Positions 49,255 to 58,860 are shown, counted from the first letter of the stretch. The stretch: DNA of 64,000 nt from Bdellovibrionales bacterium GWB1_55_8 (GCA_001769835.1 MEPR01000025.1:5442-69441), one strand, 5' to 3'. The notes: generated by a model not told the origin, from the letters alone. Made by a program: numbers and translations.

Positions 49255-49839
49255 ATGACATCTTTGGTTTTTGCCGGCATTGTAGTGCTTCTGCTTGTCT
49301 TCCTGATCGCGATTTACAATCGGCTTGTGGCGCTGAGAAACCGCTTCAAGAACGCGTTTTCCCAGATTGATGTTCAGCTCAAGCGCAGATACGAATTAAT
49401 CCCGAACCTCGTCGAAACTGCAAAAGGTTATATGGCGCATGAGCGCCAGACTCTCGAAGCCGTGATCACGGCGCGAAACGCCGCTGCGTCGGCGAGCACA
49501 AAAGCCTCGGCGCACCCTGAAGATGCGGGAAGCATGAAAACCCTGGTGCAGGCCGAAGGGGCTTTAACGGGAACGTTGGGGAGATTATTCGCGCTCTCCG
49601 AAAGCTATCCCGATCTGAAGGCCAATCAGAATATGGCAAAGCTGATGGAAGAGCTCTCTTCAACGGAAAACCGCGTCGCTTTCGCACGACAGGCTTATAA
49701 CGACAGCGTCATGGTCTACAACACGGCCCGTGAAACGTTTCCGAATGTCCTCGTGGCAGGCCCGTTCGGCTTTCATCCTGCGCAGCTCTTTGAAGTGGAG
49801 AGTGCCGAGGAGAGGCGTGCTGTGAAGGTTTCGTTCTAA
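49255..49839 (+). CDS. lemA: LemA family protein
   Basis: YNRLV..RN....AFSQIDVQLKRRYELIPNLV, ESYPDLKAN, ENRVAFARQAYND. Confidence 0.95.
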   Translation: MTSLVFAGIVVLLLVFLIAIYNRLVALRNRFKNAFSQIDVQLKRRYELIPNLVETAKGYMAHERQTLEAVITARNAAASASTKASAHPEDAGSMKTLVQAEGALTGTLGRLFALSESYPDLKANQNMAKLMEELSSTENRVAFARQAYNDSVMVYNTARETFPNVLVAGPFGFHPAQLFEVESAEERRAVKVSF

Positions 49840-49851
49840 AGTTGGACGGAT

Positions 49852-51660
49852 ATGGATATTTTTGACCGGCAGGAGGCTGCGCAGAAAAGAACCGGTGTTC
49901 TGCTGTTTTTCTTTGCGCTCGCGGTGTTGCTGATCGTAGCGGCTGTGAATCTGGTCGTGCTGGTCGGTACGGAAGACAGCGCGAAATTGCAGGCAGGCGA
50001 GGTGAACTGGATTTTAGTGGGCTGGACCACCTTCATCACGCTTCTGGTGATCGGGGGCGGAACGTTAAAGCGAGTTCTCGAACTTGCGAAAGGCGGAAGC
50101 GCCGTTGCGGAGATTCTGGGTGCGCGCCTTGTCAGCCCCGATAGTAAAGATCCGGACGGACGCAAGCTCCTGAACGTGGTCGAGGAAATGGCGATTGCTT
50201 CGGGAATGAGTGTTCCGCCCGTCTATGTTTTGGATCGTGAGGGGGGGATTAACGCGTTTGCCGCCGGTTTTTCACCGAGCGATTCGATTATCGCGGTCAC
50301 CCGGGGAGCTTTGGTGCAGCTGTCGCGGGATGAGCTGCAAGGGGTGGTGGCTCACGAGATCGCTCATCTCTTGAACGGTGATTCGCGGCTCAATCTCAAG
50401 CTAGTGGGGATGCTGGGCGGTATTCTGGCGATTTCCACCATCGGGCGTGGAATGCTTCAAGCGAGGGTGCGCTCCGGAAAACGCGACGCAAGGGTGGAGG
50501 CCGGGCGTTACGGGTTAGGTCTCGCCCTTCTGATCATTGGCTCCATCGGAACTTTTTTCGGGAAACTGATTCAGGCAGCCGTCTCGCGACAGCGCGAGTT
50601 TCTGGCCGATGCCTCAGCAGTTCAGTTCACCAGAAATCCCTCCGGGATCGGCGGCGCGCTCGTGAAAATTCAGGAGGGCGGTTCGGACGTCCTTGCGGGA
50701 GGGGGCCAGGAGCTCCGTCATCTGTTTTTTGCTGAAAGCCTCGCTCCCAAATTCCTGAGGTCCTGGTTTGCAACGCATCCGGAACTCGAAATTCGTATTC
50801 GCGCAATAGACCCCGCGCTTTTGACCGGTATCACGAAAGCTCCTCGTTCAGTCGCTCAGCCAGCGATGGCAGCTCCGCAGGAGCTTGCTGCCGGAATCAG
50901 CGGATTTGCGGCAGTCGGTGCTGCGCGGCCAGACCAAATAATTGCAGAGCTGCCTTCCAATCTTCGGGATGCCGTGCGTTCGCCCGTGAGCGCGCAGGCG
51001 GCAATAGCCGCTTTCCTGGTCGACGATTCAGATCACGTTCAGGCAGCTCAGAAGTCTATTTTTCAAACCGGTGACGAGTCCGTATGGACCTCGGTCATGG
51101 CGCTCAGAAATGAGGCTCGGGCGATTCCGCGGTCTCAACGCCTGGTGCTGATCGAACTGGCGGTGAGTGCGTTAAAGCTGCTTCCGCTGGAACCGAGGAA
51201 GCGCTTCGTGGATAAGGTCCGACAGCTGATTTCCGCCGATGAGCGAACGACGATTTTTGAATTCGTGCTTCTTTCTATTTTATCCGAGCAACTGCTGGCA
51301 TCCGATCGCAAGGGGGCACGCGTGAACTTCTATGCGATCGACCCCGTCTTGCCGGACTGCATCAGAGTCATTTCTCTTCTGGCGCATGGCGGCGCTCCCG
51401 AGCGAGCTGAACTCGGTTTCTGGAAAGGGATGAAAGTACTTACGGCCAAACCTGTGACGCTTTTGCCGCTTGAGCAGTGCAGGCCGAAGGTGGTCGAGGA
51501 ATCTCTCCATCGAATTCGGGGCTTGGCGCCGGGCCTCAAACGAGAGTTCATAGCCGCGCTGACAGCATGCGCGATGGAAGACGGTAGACTGCGCTCCTCT
51601 GAGCTTGAACTTTTGAAGGCGATCGGAATCACCATTGATTGCCCGATTCAGGTGAGCTAG
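49852..51660 (+). CDS. M48 (HtpX-like) membrane metallopeptidase
   Basis: INAFAAG, AHEIAH (HExxH), SRQREFLADA, ATHP; typical lemA partner. Confidence 0.92.
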   Translation: MDIFDRQEAAQKRTGVLLFFFALAVLLIVAAVNLVVLVGTEDSAKLQAGEVNWILVGWTTFITLLVIGGGTLKRVLELAKGGSAVAEILGARLVSPDSKDPDGRKLLNVVEEMAIASGMSVPPVYVLDREGGINAFAAGFSPSDSIIAVTRGALVQLSRDELQGVVAHEIAHLLNGDSRLNLKLVGMLGGILAISTIGRGMLQARVRSGKRDARVEAGRYGLGLALLIIGSIGTFFGKLIQAAVSRQREFLADASAVQFTRNPSGIGGALVKIQEGGSDVLAGGGQELRHLFFAESLAPKFLRSWFATHPELEIRIRAIDPALLTGITKAPRSVAQPAMAAPQELAAGISGFAAVGAARPDQIIAELPSNLRDAVRSPVSAQAAIAAFLVDDSDHVQAAQKSIFQTGDESVWTSVMALRNEARAIPRSQRLVLIELAVSALKLLPLEPRKRFVDKVRQLISADERTTIFEFVLLSILSEQLLASDRKGARVNFYAIDPVLPDCIRVISLLAHGGAPERAELGFWKGMKVLTAKPVTLLPLEQCRPKVVEESLHRIRGLAPGLKREFIAALTACAMEDGRLRSSELELLKAIGITIDCPIQVS

Positions 51661-51670
51661 TCGTCCGATT

Positions 51671-53182
51671 GTGGAGCGCTACACGATTCACTGGTTTCGC
51701 CGCGACCTTCGCTACGCCGGCAACCTGGCATTGGCGAGTAACATTCAGCAGTACGCCGGCCGTGTTCTGGGCATTTTCTTTATTGATCCGGAAACCCTGA
51801 AACGCAGCGACTTTTCGTTTAATCGGTTTGGATTTTTGCTGAAGACTTTAATGGCATTGAAAGTTGAACTGAAGTCCTTAGGTGGGGATCTGCTGGTTTT
51901 ATCCGTAAGTCCTGAAGTAGGTTTTCGACTTTTGCACAAGAAGCTCTCGTCCGCGGGGCTGCCAGTTCCGGAAGAGGTGACTTTCAGCGGGGACTACGAG
52001 CCCTTTGCCTTGGAACGCGATCGTCAAGTCACTGACCTCCTGCAAAAAGGATTAGGTATTCGGGTTCGATCCGAACGGGATCATCTCCTCATCGAGCCAG
52101 GCGAGTTGCTTCAGAAAAAAGGAACGCCCTATCGCGTTTACGGGCCATTTGCAAAAAAGTGGTTTCTCCGGCTGCATTCCGAAGAGATCCGGACGCGGCT
52201 TGAAAAACAGAAGGACGGTCTGCGGTACCTCGCAGGGTGTCTTCGTGAGCGTTCTCAGGAGCCGCATTTCAGGCTTACCTGGAAGCAGCTGTTTAGAGGT
52301 AAGAACGTAGGACTCGTGGACGAGCTCGATCGTTTCATTCAGGGCAATTCCAGGAAGTTAAGTGTGCCGCTCCCGCCGGCCGGGAGCAAGGCTGCTTATC
52401 AAACCCTTGATGAGTTCGGAAAATCCGGAATCGAGGATTACGCCGGCGCCCGTGATTTTCCCGCTGTCGCGGGTACCTCACGGCTTTCCATTTATCTGAA
52501 AAACGGATCACTCACAGTCCCGCAGGTGATTCTCTTCCTGGAACTCGAAAAAGAGCGATTTTCCTCCTCGGGCAGTCGCTCCCGATTTCTGAAGGAACTG
52601 GTCTGGCGTGAATTCTACTATCATATTCTCTTTCATTATCCTCACGTCGAGCATGAAGCCTTCAATCAGAAGTTCAGGAATATTGCATGGCGCAACCGCG
52701 AGAAGTGGTTCTCTGCCTGGAAAGACGGCCGTACGGGGTACCCGATCGTGGATGCGGGAATGCGTGAACTTCGAGAGACGGGGTGGATGCACAACCGGGT
52801 ACGGATGATCGTTGCTTCGTTTCTCACCAAGGATCTTCAAATTGATTGGCGCTGGGGTGAACGCTATTTTATGCAGCAACTCCTTGATGGTGATCTTGCG
52901 GCAAATAATGGCGGATGGCAGTGGGCAGCTTCAACCGGTTGCGATCCTCAACCTTATTTTCGGATATTCAATCCTGAGCTGCAGAGCCGCAAATTTGATC
53001 CGCAAGGAGCATATATCCGCCGGTTTCTGCCTGAGCTTGCGGGTCTGAGTGATCGGCAAATTCATGCGCCCGACGATCGAAGCCGGCCCGCGGCGTATCC
53101 AAAACGCCTGGTGGAACATTCAGAGCAGCGATTCAGCTCTTTGCTCTTGTACGAAGGTTATCGGAACGGTGCGCGAAAATGA
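51671..53182 (+). CDS. phrB: Deoxyribodipyrimidine photolyase (class I CPD-type)
   Basis: WFRRDLR, TSRLS.YL..G, ELVWREFY, GYPIVDAGMR, WMHNRVRM, NNGGWQW, FRIFNP. Confidence 0.95.
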   Translation: MERYTIHWFRRDLRYAGNLALASNIQQYAGRVLGIFFIDPETLKRSDFSFNRFGFLLKTLMALKVELKSLGGDLLVLSVSPEVGFRLLHKKLSSAGLPVPEEVTFSGDYEPFALERDRQVTDLLQKGLGIRVRSERDHLLIEPGELLQKKGTPYRVYGPFAKKWFLRLHSEEIRTRLEKQKDGLRYLAGCLRERSQEPHFRLTWKQLFRGKNVGLVDELDRFIQGNSRKLSVPLPPAGSKAAYQTLDEFGKSGIEDYAGARDFPAVAGTSRLSIYLKNGSLTVPQVILFLELEKERFSSSGSRSRFLKELVWREFYYHILFHYPHVEHEAFNQKFRNIAWRNREKWFSAWKDGRTGYPIVDAGMRELRETGWMHNRVRMIVASFLTKDLQIDWRWGERYFMQQLLDGDLAANNGGWQWAASTGCDPQPYFRIFNPELQSRKFDPQGAYIRRFLPELAGLSDRQIHAPDDRSRPAAYPKRLVEHSEQRFSSLLLYEGYRNGARK

Positions 53183-54111
53183 TGAAGCCTCGGATTGGAA
53201 TCAGCGCGTGTCTGCTGGGGCGGAAAGTGCGGCATAACGGGGGCGATAAGCGTAACGACTGGCTGGTTGACCAGCTTGGCAGGTTCGTGGAGTGGGTGCC
53301 GTTTTGTCCGGAGCTGGAGATGGGGTTAGGAGTGCCCCGACCCACGATGCGCCTGAAAGGGAAACTGAAAGATCCTCAGCTGATCGTCAAAGGCACTGAG
53401 CAGAATCTTACGTTGCTCGCGCGCAGTACCGCGGAACGCCTGCTCAGCGAGGATTTGAAGCTGGACTCGTTCATCTTCAAAAAGGGCTCACCAAGCTGCG
53501 GACTGGAGCACGTGAAGATCTACGGAAAGAATGACTCACCATCCAGTTCTGCCATCGGATTTTTTGCCGCGGCCTTCAAGGAAAAAAATCCGTCGCTTCC
53601 CGTCATCGAAGAAGGGCGCCTGAGCGATCCGAGGCAACGTGAGCGCTATCTCGTAAAGTTATTCGCATTTGTGAGGCTGCGTCGTCTGCCCCGTGAGGTT
53701 GCTTCCCTTCAGAACTATCATAAGAATCAAAGGTTCATTCTGATGGCGCATGCTCCGGGACACTGTCGAAGGCTGGGGGCGATCGCCGCAAACTCAGAGA
53801 ATATCGGGGTGAATGAGCTCTTTTCGAATTACCAGTCGCTCTTCCTTGATGTCATCAACACGTCTCCGTCGTGTAACCATTGGATAAACGTGCTTCTGCA
53901 TATGCTCGGGTTCTTTAAAAATGAAATCAGTGGCGGTGAAAAGCAGCAGATACTGCGGACTTTTGACGATTATCGATGCGGTGCGCTTCCTTTGATCGCG
54001 GTGATGACACTCATGCACCATCTCGCGGAAAAATACTCCAACAGGTATTTGCTCGATCAGGCCGTATTTGAGCCGTACCCGAAGGGTTTGTTGGTGATGG
54101 ACCGCAATTGA
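53179..54111 (+). CDS. ybgA: DUF523 (2-thiouracil desulfurase-like) + DUF1722 protein, YbgA family
   Basis: GISACLLG..VR.NGG, CPE, SPSCG; NVLLHMLGFFK; classical phr neighbour. Confidence 0.9.
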   Translation: MMKPRIGISACLLGRKVRHNGGDKRNDWLVDQLGRFVEWVPFCPELEMGLGVPRPTMRLKGKLKDPQLIVKGTEQNLTLLARSTAERLLSEDLKLDSFIFKKGSPSCGLEHVKIYGKNDSPSSSAIGFFAAAFKEKNPSLPVIEEGRLSDPRQRERYLVKLFAFVRLRRLPREVASLQNYHKNQRFILMAHAPGHCRRLGAIAANSENIGVNELFSNYQSLFLDVINTSPSCNHWINVLLHMLGFFKNEISGGEKQQILRTFDDYRCGALPLIAVMTLMHHLAEKYSNRYLLDQAVFEPYPKGLLVMDRN

Positions 54112-54132
54112 TGCGGCGCAGATGATGGATTC

Positions 54133-55416
54133 TTGCTTCGGCTTATGTTTGAATCTCCTATCATGGAAAACAGTCGCACGCCCGATGTTCCACTTCTCTT
54201 TTTTTCTCGCGGGCTCAGGCTCTTCGGGTACGGAGCGGTCTCGATCATCCTCATGTTGTATCTCCTTGAGGTGGGACTGTCGGAGAAAGAGGTTGGACTG
54301 CTTTTCAGTCTGACCTTGCTTGGAGATACGGTGATTTCGCTCGGATTGACCACCCGGGCGGATCGCTGGGGCCGCAAGCGAACGCTCCTGCTAGGGGCGG
54401 CGCTGATGATCCTGGCGGGTGTGATTTTCGCCCTTACCCAGAATTACGTGTTTCTCGTGCTTGCCGCAATCATTGGCGTAATCAGTCCGAGCGGAAACGA
54501 AGTTGGACCTTTCCTTTCCATCGAGCAGGCGTCGCTGACCGAACTGATCACTCCTACTCAAAGAACGAGGCTTTTCGCCTGGTACAATCTCACGGGATCG
54601 TTTGCCACTGCTTTCGGAGCTCTGGCATCAGGATTCGTCATCCGATTCCTTCAGCATGATCTGGGGTGGGCTGCGGTTCAAAGCTACCGGGCTGTGGTGT
54701 TGGGGTACGCCCTTCTAGGCGGGTTACTGCTGATTGTTCTGTCGCGGCTGTCTCCGGCCGTGGAGGTGCATGGCGGGAAACCTAGAGTTGAAGCTTCGCG
54801 ATCAATTCGTCAGAACTGGCATGGACTCAGTCATTCAAAACAGTTTGTCCTGAAGTTATCGTCCCTGTTTTCGCTTGATGCGTTTGCGGGTGGATTCGTC
54901 ATCCAAAGTTTTATGGCTTTTTGGTTCCATACGAAATTCGGTGTGGAGCCCGCGCTTCTTGGAAGCATCTTTTTCGGAGCTAATATCCTGGCTGGCGTTT
55001 CGGCCCTGTTGGCGGCACGAGTTGCTGCCCGCATAGGCCTGATCAACACCATGGTTTTCACGCATCTGCCCTCGAACGTTCTTTTGATTCTGGTTCCGCT
55101 CATGCCGAACCTGCCACTTGCGATCACGGTGTTGCTGCTTCGTTTTTCCATTTCGCAGATGGACGTTCCGACTCGGCAATCCTATACGATGGCGGTGGTT
55201 CACGCCGAGGAGCGTTCGGCGGCTTCAGGCATTACCAATGTTGCCAGGACCGTGGGCGCTTCGCTCGCGCCGCTCTTTGCGGGGCCGCTGCTGGCGGTAC
55301 CCGCGCTCATGAGCGTGCCGTTTTTTATCTGCGGCGGACTCAAGATCGTTTACGACATCGCTCTTTATCGAGGCTTCAAAGCGATTCGCCCTCCTGAGGA
55401 GCAGGCGACGTCGTGA
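54133..55416 (+). CDS. Major facilitator superfamily transporter
   Basis: 12 TM segments, ADRWGRKR motif A, SQMDVPTRQSY; start may be the ATG at 54163. Confidence 0.93.
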   Translation: MLRLMFESPIMENSRTPDVPLLFFSRGLRLFGYGAVSIILMLYLLEVGLSEKEVGLLFSLTLLGDTVISLGLTTRADRWGRKRTLLLGAALMILAGVIFALTQNYVFLVLAAIIGVISPSGNEVGPFLSIEQASLTELITPTQRTRLFAWYNLTGSFATAFGALASGFVIRFLQHDLGWAAVQSYRAVVLGYALLGGLLLIVLSRLSPAVEVHGGKPRVEASRSIRQNWHGLSHSKQFVLKLSSLFSLDAFAGGFVIQSFMAFWFHTKFGVEPALLGSIFFGANILAGVSALLAARVAARIGLINTMVFTHLPSNVLLILVPLMPNLPLAITVLLLRFSISQMDVPTRQSYTMAVVHAEERSAASGITNVARTVGASLAPLFAGPLLAVPALMSVPFFICGGLKIVYDIALYRGFKAIRPPEEQATS

Positions 55417-55608
55417 TAAGATAGCAGAGCTTACAAGTCGGTTGCGGCGCAATAAGCGCAACGAATTCGTCGGATGATATGAGGCAGTCCCTCTCATTTC
55501 GAATGTAATATTTGCTCGATTAGAGGCCATAATGGCTCTTTTTGTCCCGTGATCTCCTGTGATCTGTTTTGCGCTCTCGAAATATATGCACTTTACGTTG
55601 GATTTCGC

Positions 55609-55624
55609 TGGCACAGCCTTGGCA
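55609..55624 (+). promoter_or_regulatory. Sigma54-like promoter upstream of the Cys-repeat gene
   Basis: TGGCAC-AGCCT-TGGCA: GG/GC at exact -24/-12 spacing, one mismatch; ATG about 40 nt downstream. Confidence 0.5.
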
Positions 55625-55662
55625 ATGGCGACCCGGTAAATTTTTTATCTTGGGGGAAATTT

Positions 55663-56154
55663 ATGATCGGATTCGGAGTTGGCCGGGTGGCGGTACTGAT
55701 CGGGTTGCTTTGCATGGCGAACGCTTTCGCTGAGGAAGTTTCTGATTCGGATTTATTATCAGCCATTGGATTCAGTAAAGCGGTGAGTGGACAAGCCTAC
55801 TGTCTAAGAAGCGGGCGCGCGGCCTACGAGTGCACCGGGGTGAGTTGGGGGCAAGGAGTGTGCTTGTCTTCGGAAGAGCGGAAATCTTATGAGTGCAGTG
55901 GTGTGGGAGCAGCAGAAGGGGTCTGCTTGTCGGGTGACAGGGCTTCCTACGAGTGCGTGGGGGTGAGCCTTGCACAGGCGGTTTGTCTCTCTGGCGATCG
56001 GCCGTCCTACGAATGTGTGGGAGTATCCAGACTCAGCGCCATTTGTCTGAGCGGAGGGCGTCCCTCCTACGAATGTTCAGGCATCAGGTCGCTCGATCAG
56101 GCGATGTGTCTTCAGGAATCCGAGAGGCCTTCCTATGAGTGCTCGGGCCTCTAG
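55663..56154 (+). CDS. Secreted Cys-rich tandem-repeat protein
   Basis: Signal peptide (..ANAFA); six CLxxxRxSYECxG repeats. Confidence 0.8.
   Translation: MIGFGVGRVAVLIGLLCMANAFAEEVSDSDLLSAIGFSKAVSGQAYCLRSGRAAYECTGVSWGQGVCLSSEERKSYECSGVGAAEGVCLSGDRASYECVGVSLAQAVCLSGDRPSYECVGVSRLSAICLSGGRPSYECSGIRSLDQAMCLQESERPSYECSGL
55801..56151 (+). repeat. Six imperfect 60/63-bp tandem repeats
   Basis: Units start at about 55801, 55861, 55924, 55984, 56044 and 56107; conserved core tccta(c/t)ga(g/a)tg(c/t). Confidence 0.85.
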
Positions 56155-56165
56155 GCCCAGCCTGA

Positions 56166-56981
56166 TTATTCCACCCGTTCGCTGAAAGAAACGCGTTTGT
56201 CGCCCAGAATCACGGTGCTCCGGTAAGTCGAAGGGAAATTCGAGTTACAGGTGCCCGTATAGGTGGACACCAGCCGCGGACGATAGGAGTAGGACGTGGA
56301 TTGCGTTGAGCGCAGCGTCACCGAGTTCAGCGTCGCATTCGAGCTTTTCATCAGAAAGCCATAATGCGGCATGGTTCCGTTCGCGCTGATGAGATCCTGG
56401 AAGTAGTCCGTCACATCGAACGTCACCGTGGTTCCGTCAATATCACTGAGTACTGGCGTAAAAGCAGGATCGACGTCGCCTCCCGGCGTTGCCCAGGTGC
56501 CGCGGACCGCCGAGAAAGGGTGAGCCCTGGTCCAGTTCACGCTCTGCCACCAGGGGCCGGCCAGGGTGCTCAAGGAAAGTTTGTCATCCAGGCCGCCATT
56601 CGCATCGTCCTGGACATCGAGCACGAGTTTGGCGCTCGTGAGGTTCTCGGGGGTAACCACGTCATTGGAGCAGTCCAAAAGCTCTGCCATGATGTAAAGA
56701 GGCATGAAAAAAAGCTTCACGAAGGCATCGGCCAGAATGTCATCGACGCCTTTGTCGGGGCCATCTTTTTGAGTGGGGAGCTTCAGGATGATTCGTTCTT
56801 CGTCGGTGGCCGATTTCGAAACGCGCAGGTGATCCAGTGATGCGTGGTTACCAGGATCGCTGCTGCTGATATAAGTGTCGGTCTCAAGCGGCAGCGTTTC
56901 GGTGATGGTCATTTCGCCACAACCACTGATGACTGTGGCGAGCGCTACGCTGATCAGAATTTTGCGATTTAGAAGTGCCAT
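56166..56981 (-). CDS. Lipoprotein with DNRLRE/CBM96-like beta-sandwich domain
   Basis: Lipobox ISGC; DTYISS..P..N, LTSAKLVL, W..PGGD, FDVTDY, HYGFLMK, RPRLV. Confidence 0.72.
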   Translation of the reverse strand: MALLNRKILISVALATVISGCGEMTITETLPLETDTYISSSDPGNHASLDHLRVSKSATDEERIILKLPTQKDGPDKGVDDILADAFVKLFFMPLYIMAELLDCSNDVVTPENLTSAKLVLDVQDDANGGLDDKLSLSTLAGPWWQSVNWTRAHPFSAVRGTWATPGGDVDPAFTPVLSDIDGTTVTFDVTDYFQDLISANGTMPHYGFLMKSSNATLNSVTLRSTQSTSYSYRPRLVSTYTGTCNSNFPSTYRSTVILGDKRVSFSERVE

Positions 56982-57823
56982 CGGACCTCCCCGGTCATCA
57001 CTTTGCGAGCAGTAAGGTTTTCATTCAGATAAAAAGGTGCTTGGTAAAGGAATTCGACCGGATCGTTGTTTCGAACCGGATAAACCGCGGCAACGCGGGC
57101 CCAGATTTCGAACCCCGCCAGGTCCACGCCCGCGCCGATGCTCGGACGAAAAACGGTTTGTCGCGGGATGTGGTAGCCGAATTCCTTTGAAGCGATTGCA
57201 GCCGCACCCAGGCTGTACATCGAAAGCGCCGCTTCGCCCATGATCAGCGGAAGTTTGAGTTGAAGTGAGGGCCGCAGAAGATACGCCGTATCCCGTCCGA
57301 TCTTGGTGGGGAGCCCTTCAAGATCCGCGATATCGGATTTCGCGAACTCGATCATTTTGAATTCAAGTCCCGGCCTCAGAAATCCTGAGTGAGATGCGAG
57401 CCGTGCCACTGCGGCCCAACGCATATTTTGCATGAAGCCGCCGGACATCGGTGGCGCGAGTTGCCCGCTGTTCTCGATCTCCAGTCCGAGTTTGAGTGTC
57501 GCGTTTTTCAACGCGATCGCCGGTCCTGCTGAGACGCCGTACGCAGGATTCATGGTGTAAATGAGATGCGCAACGTGCGCATCGAGCCAAAAACCCGTAC
57601 CGTTATCGCCGCGAGGAGCTTTCAATAACTCGATCCCGAAAAGGATCGGTGGTCGCAGGTACCTGGCTTCAGAGTTGAGGGGCAAAGGATCGAAGTTCTC
57701 GATGACTGAAGACCCGGAGAAGGTCATCGTTGCGTTCAGCCCTGCGGTTTCGGATTCCGCATGAGCTGGATTATTTCCAATGATCAGGACAAGCCCGATC
57801 AGAACTGCAGCTTTCTTTATCAT
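56969..57823 (-). CDS. Outer-membrane beta-barrel protein
   Basis: Signal peptide (PAHA), alternating amphipathic strands, C-terminal aromatic BAM-type signal VRWHF; start at MIKKAAV (the ORF-track extension overlaps the next gene). Confidence 0.72.
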   Translation of the reverse strand: MIKKAAVLIGLVLIIGNNPAHAESETAGLNATMTFSGSSVIENFDPLPLNSEARYLRPPILFGIELLKAPRGDNGTGFWLDAHVAHLIYTMNPAYGVSAGPAIALKNATLKLGLEIENSGQLAPPMSGGFMQNMRWAAVARLASHSGFLRPGLEFKMIEFAKSDIADLEGLPTKIGRDTAYLLRPSLQLKLPLIMGEAALSMYSLGAAAIASKEFGYHIPRQTVFRPSIGAGVDLAGFEIWARVAAVYPVRNNDPVEFLYQAPFYLNENLTARKVMTGEVRWHF

Positions 57824-57876
57824 AGCCTTTAGTTCTACACGTGGGTTCGGGACATTGGAAGTGATCACGTAACGTT

Positions 57877-58701
57877 TTATAGCCACTTGAAAAGATCGAA
57901 GTTGAGCTGAAAGGTTTGCCGGCTTTGTGATTGAGCCGCGAGTTTCTCCACTTGCCGGATGAAATCCTGGTAGAGCGCCTTTACTCCGGCAAAGGTTGCC
58001 GCGTCGGCAGAGAAGGTTACCATAAACGAATGCTTTTCCTCTTCGGGGCAGGAGTGAACGCGCGAGGCGCTGAGCTGGCGGAGGATCGCCTGGTTTGCAC
58101 GCATTAAAGGATGGTCCGTGCTGTAATGGATCTTGCTTTGAAGCACACGGCCCAGGTGTTCGCGGTCTTCCTCGAGTTCGATGAAGCCAAGCTCGCTGAG
58201 TTTGCGAAGGATTTCCTTCAGCTTCGCAGGACTGATGCCGAGCAAGGCGCAAAGGCGCCTGGGATGATTCTGGTATTCGGGAATGTGCAGTGAAGCGTGA
58301 ACAATCGGACAGTAAGGATCAAAAAGGTACGCCATCTCCAGATTCAGTCGGCTGCTTTGGAATGTCTGTACATCGGCGCTGAGGGCTTTGGCTCTTCGGA
58401 CATGATCGATTTTTGCGCGCAGGTGTTTTTGTCGTAGAGGGTCATGGGAAGTGGCCAGGGATCTCAGAAGAAACAGGTATTCGGATTCCTCCGGCAGAAG
58501 TTCCAGGAGGCGCGACACGGTGAAAAGGTGATCCTCGTTCAAGTGCGTCTTTGGATCATTCAGCGCCTTCGAAAAGTAAGTGTATTGGACCGGGATTTTG
58601 GCCGCGAGCATCTTCAGCGAGAAGTGTTTTCGGGTGGCCGCGAGTTCTTTGATCCGTGCGCGGATAATGTCGCGATAGTTATCGTGCTGGTAAACATCCA
58701 T
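57877..58701 (-). CDS. TIGR02147 family (HTH + DUF4423) putative regulator
   Basis: MDVYQHDNYRDII, FSLKMLAAKI..QYTYFSKALN...HL HTH, winged-helix segment, TFS.D...F..VK...QDF..QV, FQLNFDLF terminus. Confidence 0.85.
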   Translation of the reverse strand: MDVYQHDNYRDIIRARIKELAATRKHFSLKMLAAKIPVQYTYFSKALNDPKTHLNEDHLFTVSRLLELLPEESEYLFLLRSLATSHDPLRQKHLRAKIDHVRRAKALSADVQTFQSSRLNLEMAYLFDPYCPIVHASLHIPEYQNHPRRLCALLGISPAKLKEILRKLSELGFIELEEDREHLGRVLQSKIHYSTDHPLMRANQAILRQLSASRVHSCPEEEKHSFMVTFSADAATFAGVKALYQDFIRQVEKLAAQSQSRQTFQLNFDLFKWL

Positions 58702-58714
58702 AAAACAACGGGTT

Positions 58715-58763
58715 ACCTCTATTTGAGGTGATTATACCAAAAATATAAACATAAGCCATGTTT
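58715..58763. promoter_or_regulatory. Divergent promoter region with extended -10 and two inverted repeats
   Basis: Minus-strand TGGTATAAT (58731-58739); ACCTC-N5-GAGGT (58715-58729); AAACAT-N5-ATGTTT (58747-58763); AT-rich. Confidence 0.55.
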
Positions 58764-58860
58764 TATAGAACTAAATTATACGAAAACTACTAGAAGTGAC
58801 CGAAAACCTAAGTAGGCCCAAAGACGGTAATGAACTTTTTGTAGAAAGGAATTCGGGAAC

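Noticed and set aside
55801-56151. Regular ~60-bp repeats as a possible CRISPR array
   Set aside because: The units are diverged at third codon positions, stay in frame in a signal-peptide protein, have no identical direct repeats with spacers, and no cas genes are present.
57824-58252. N-terminal extension of the beta-barrel ORF
   Set aside because: Overlaps the TIGR02147 gene in another frame; the signal peptide begins at 57823.
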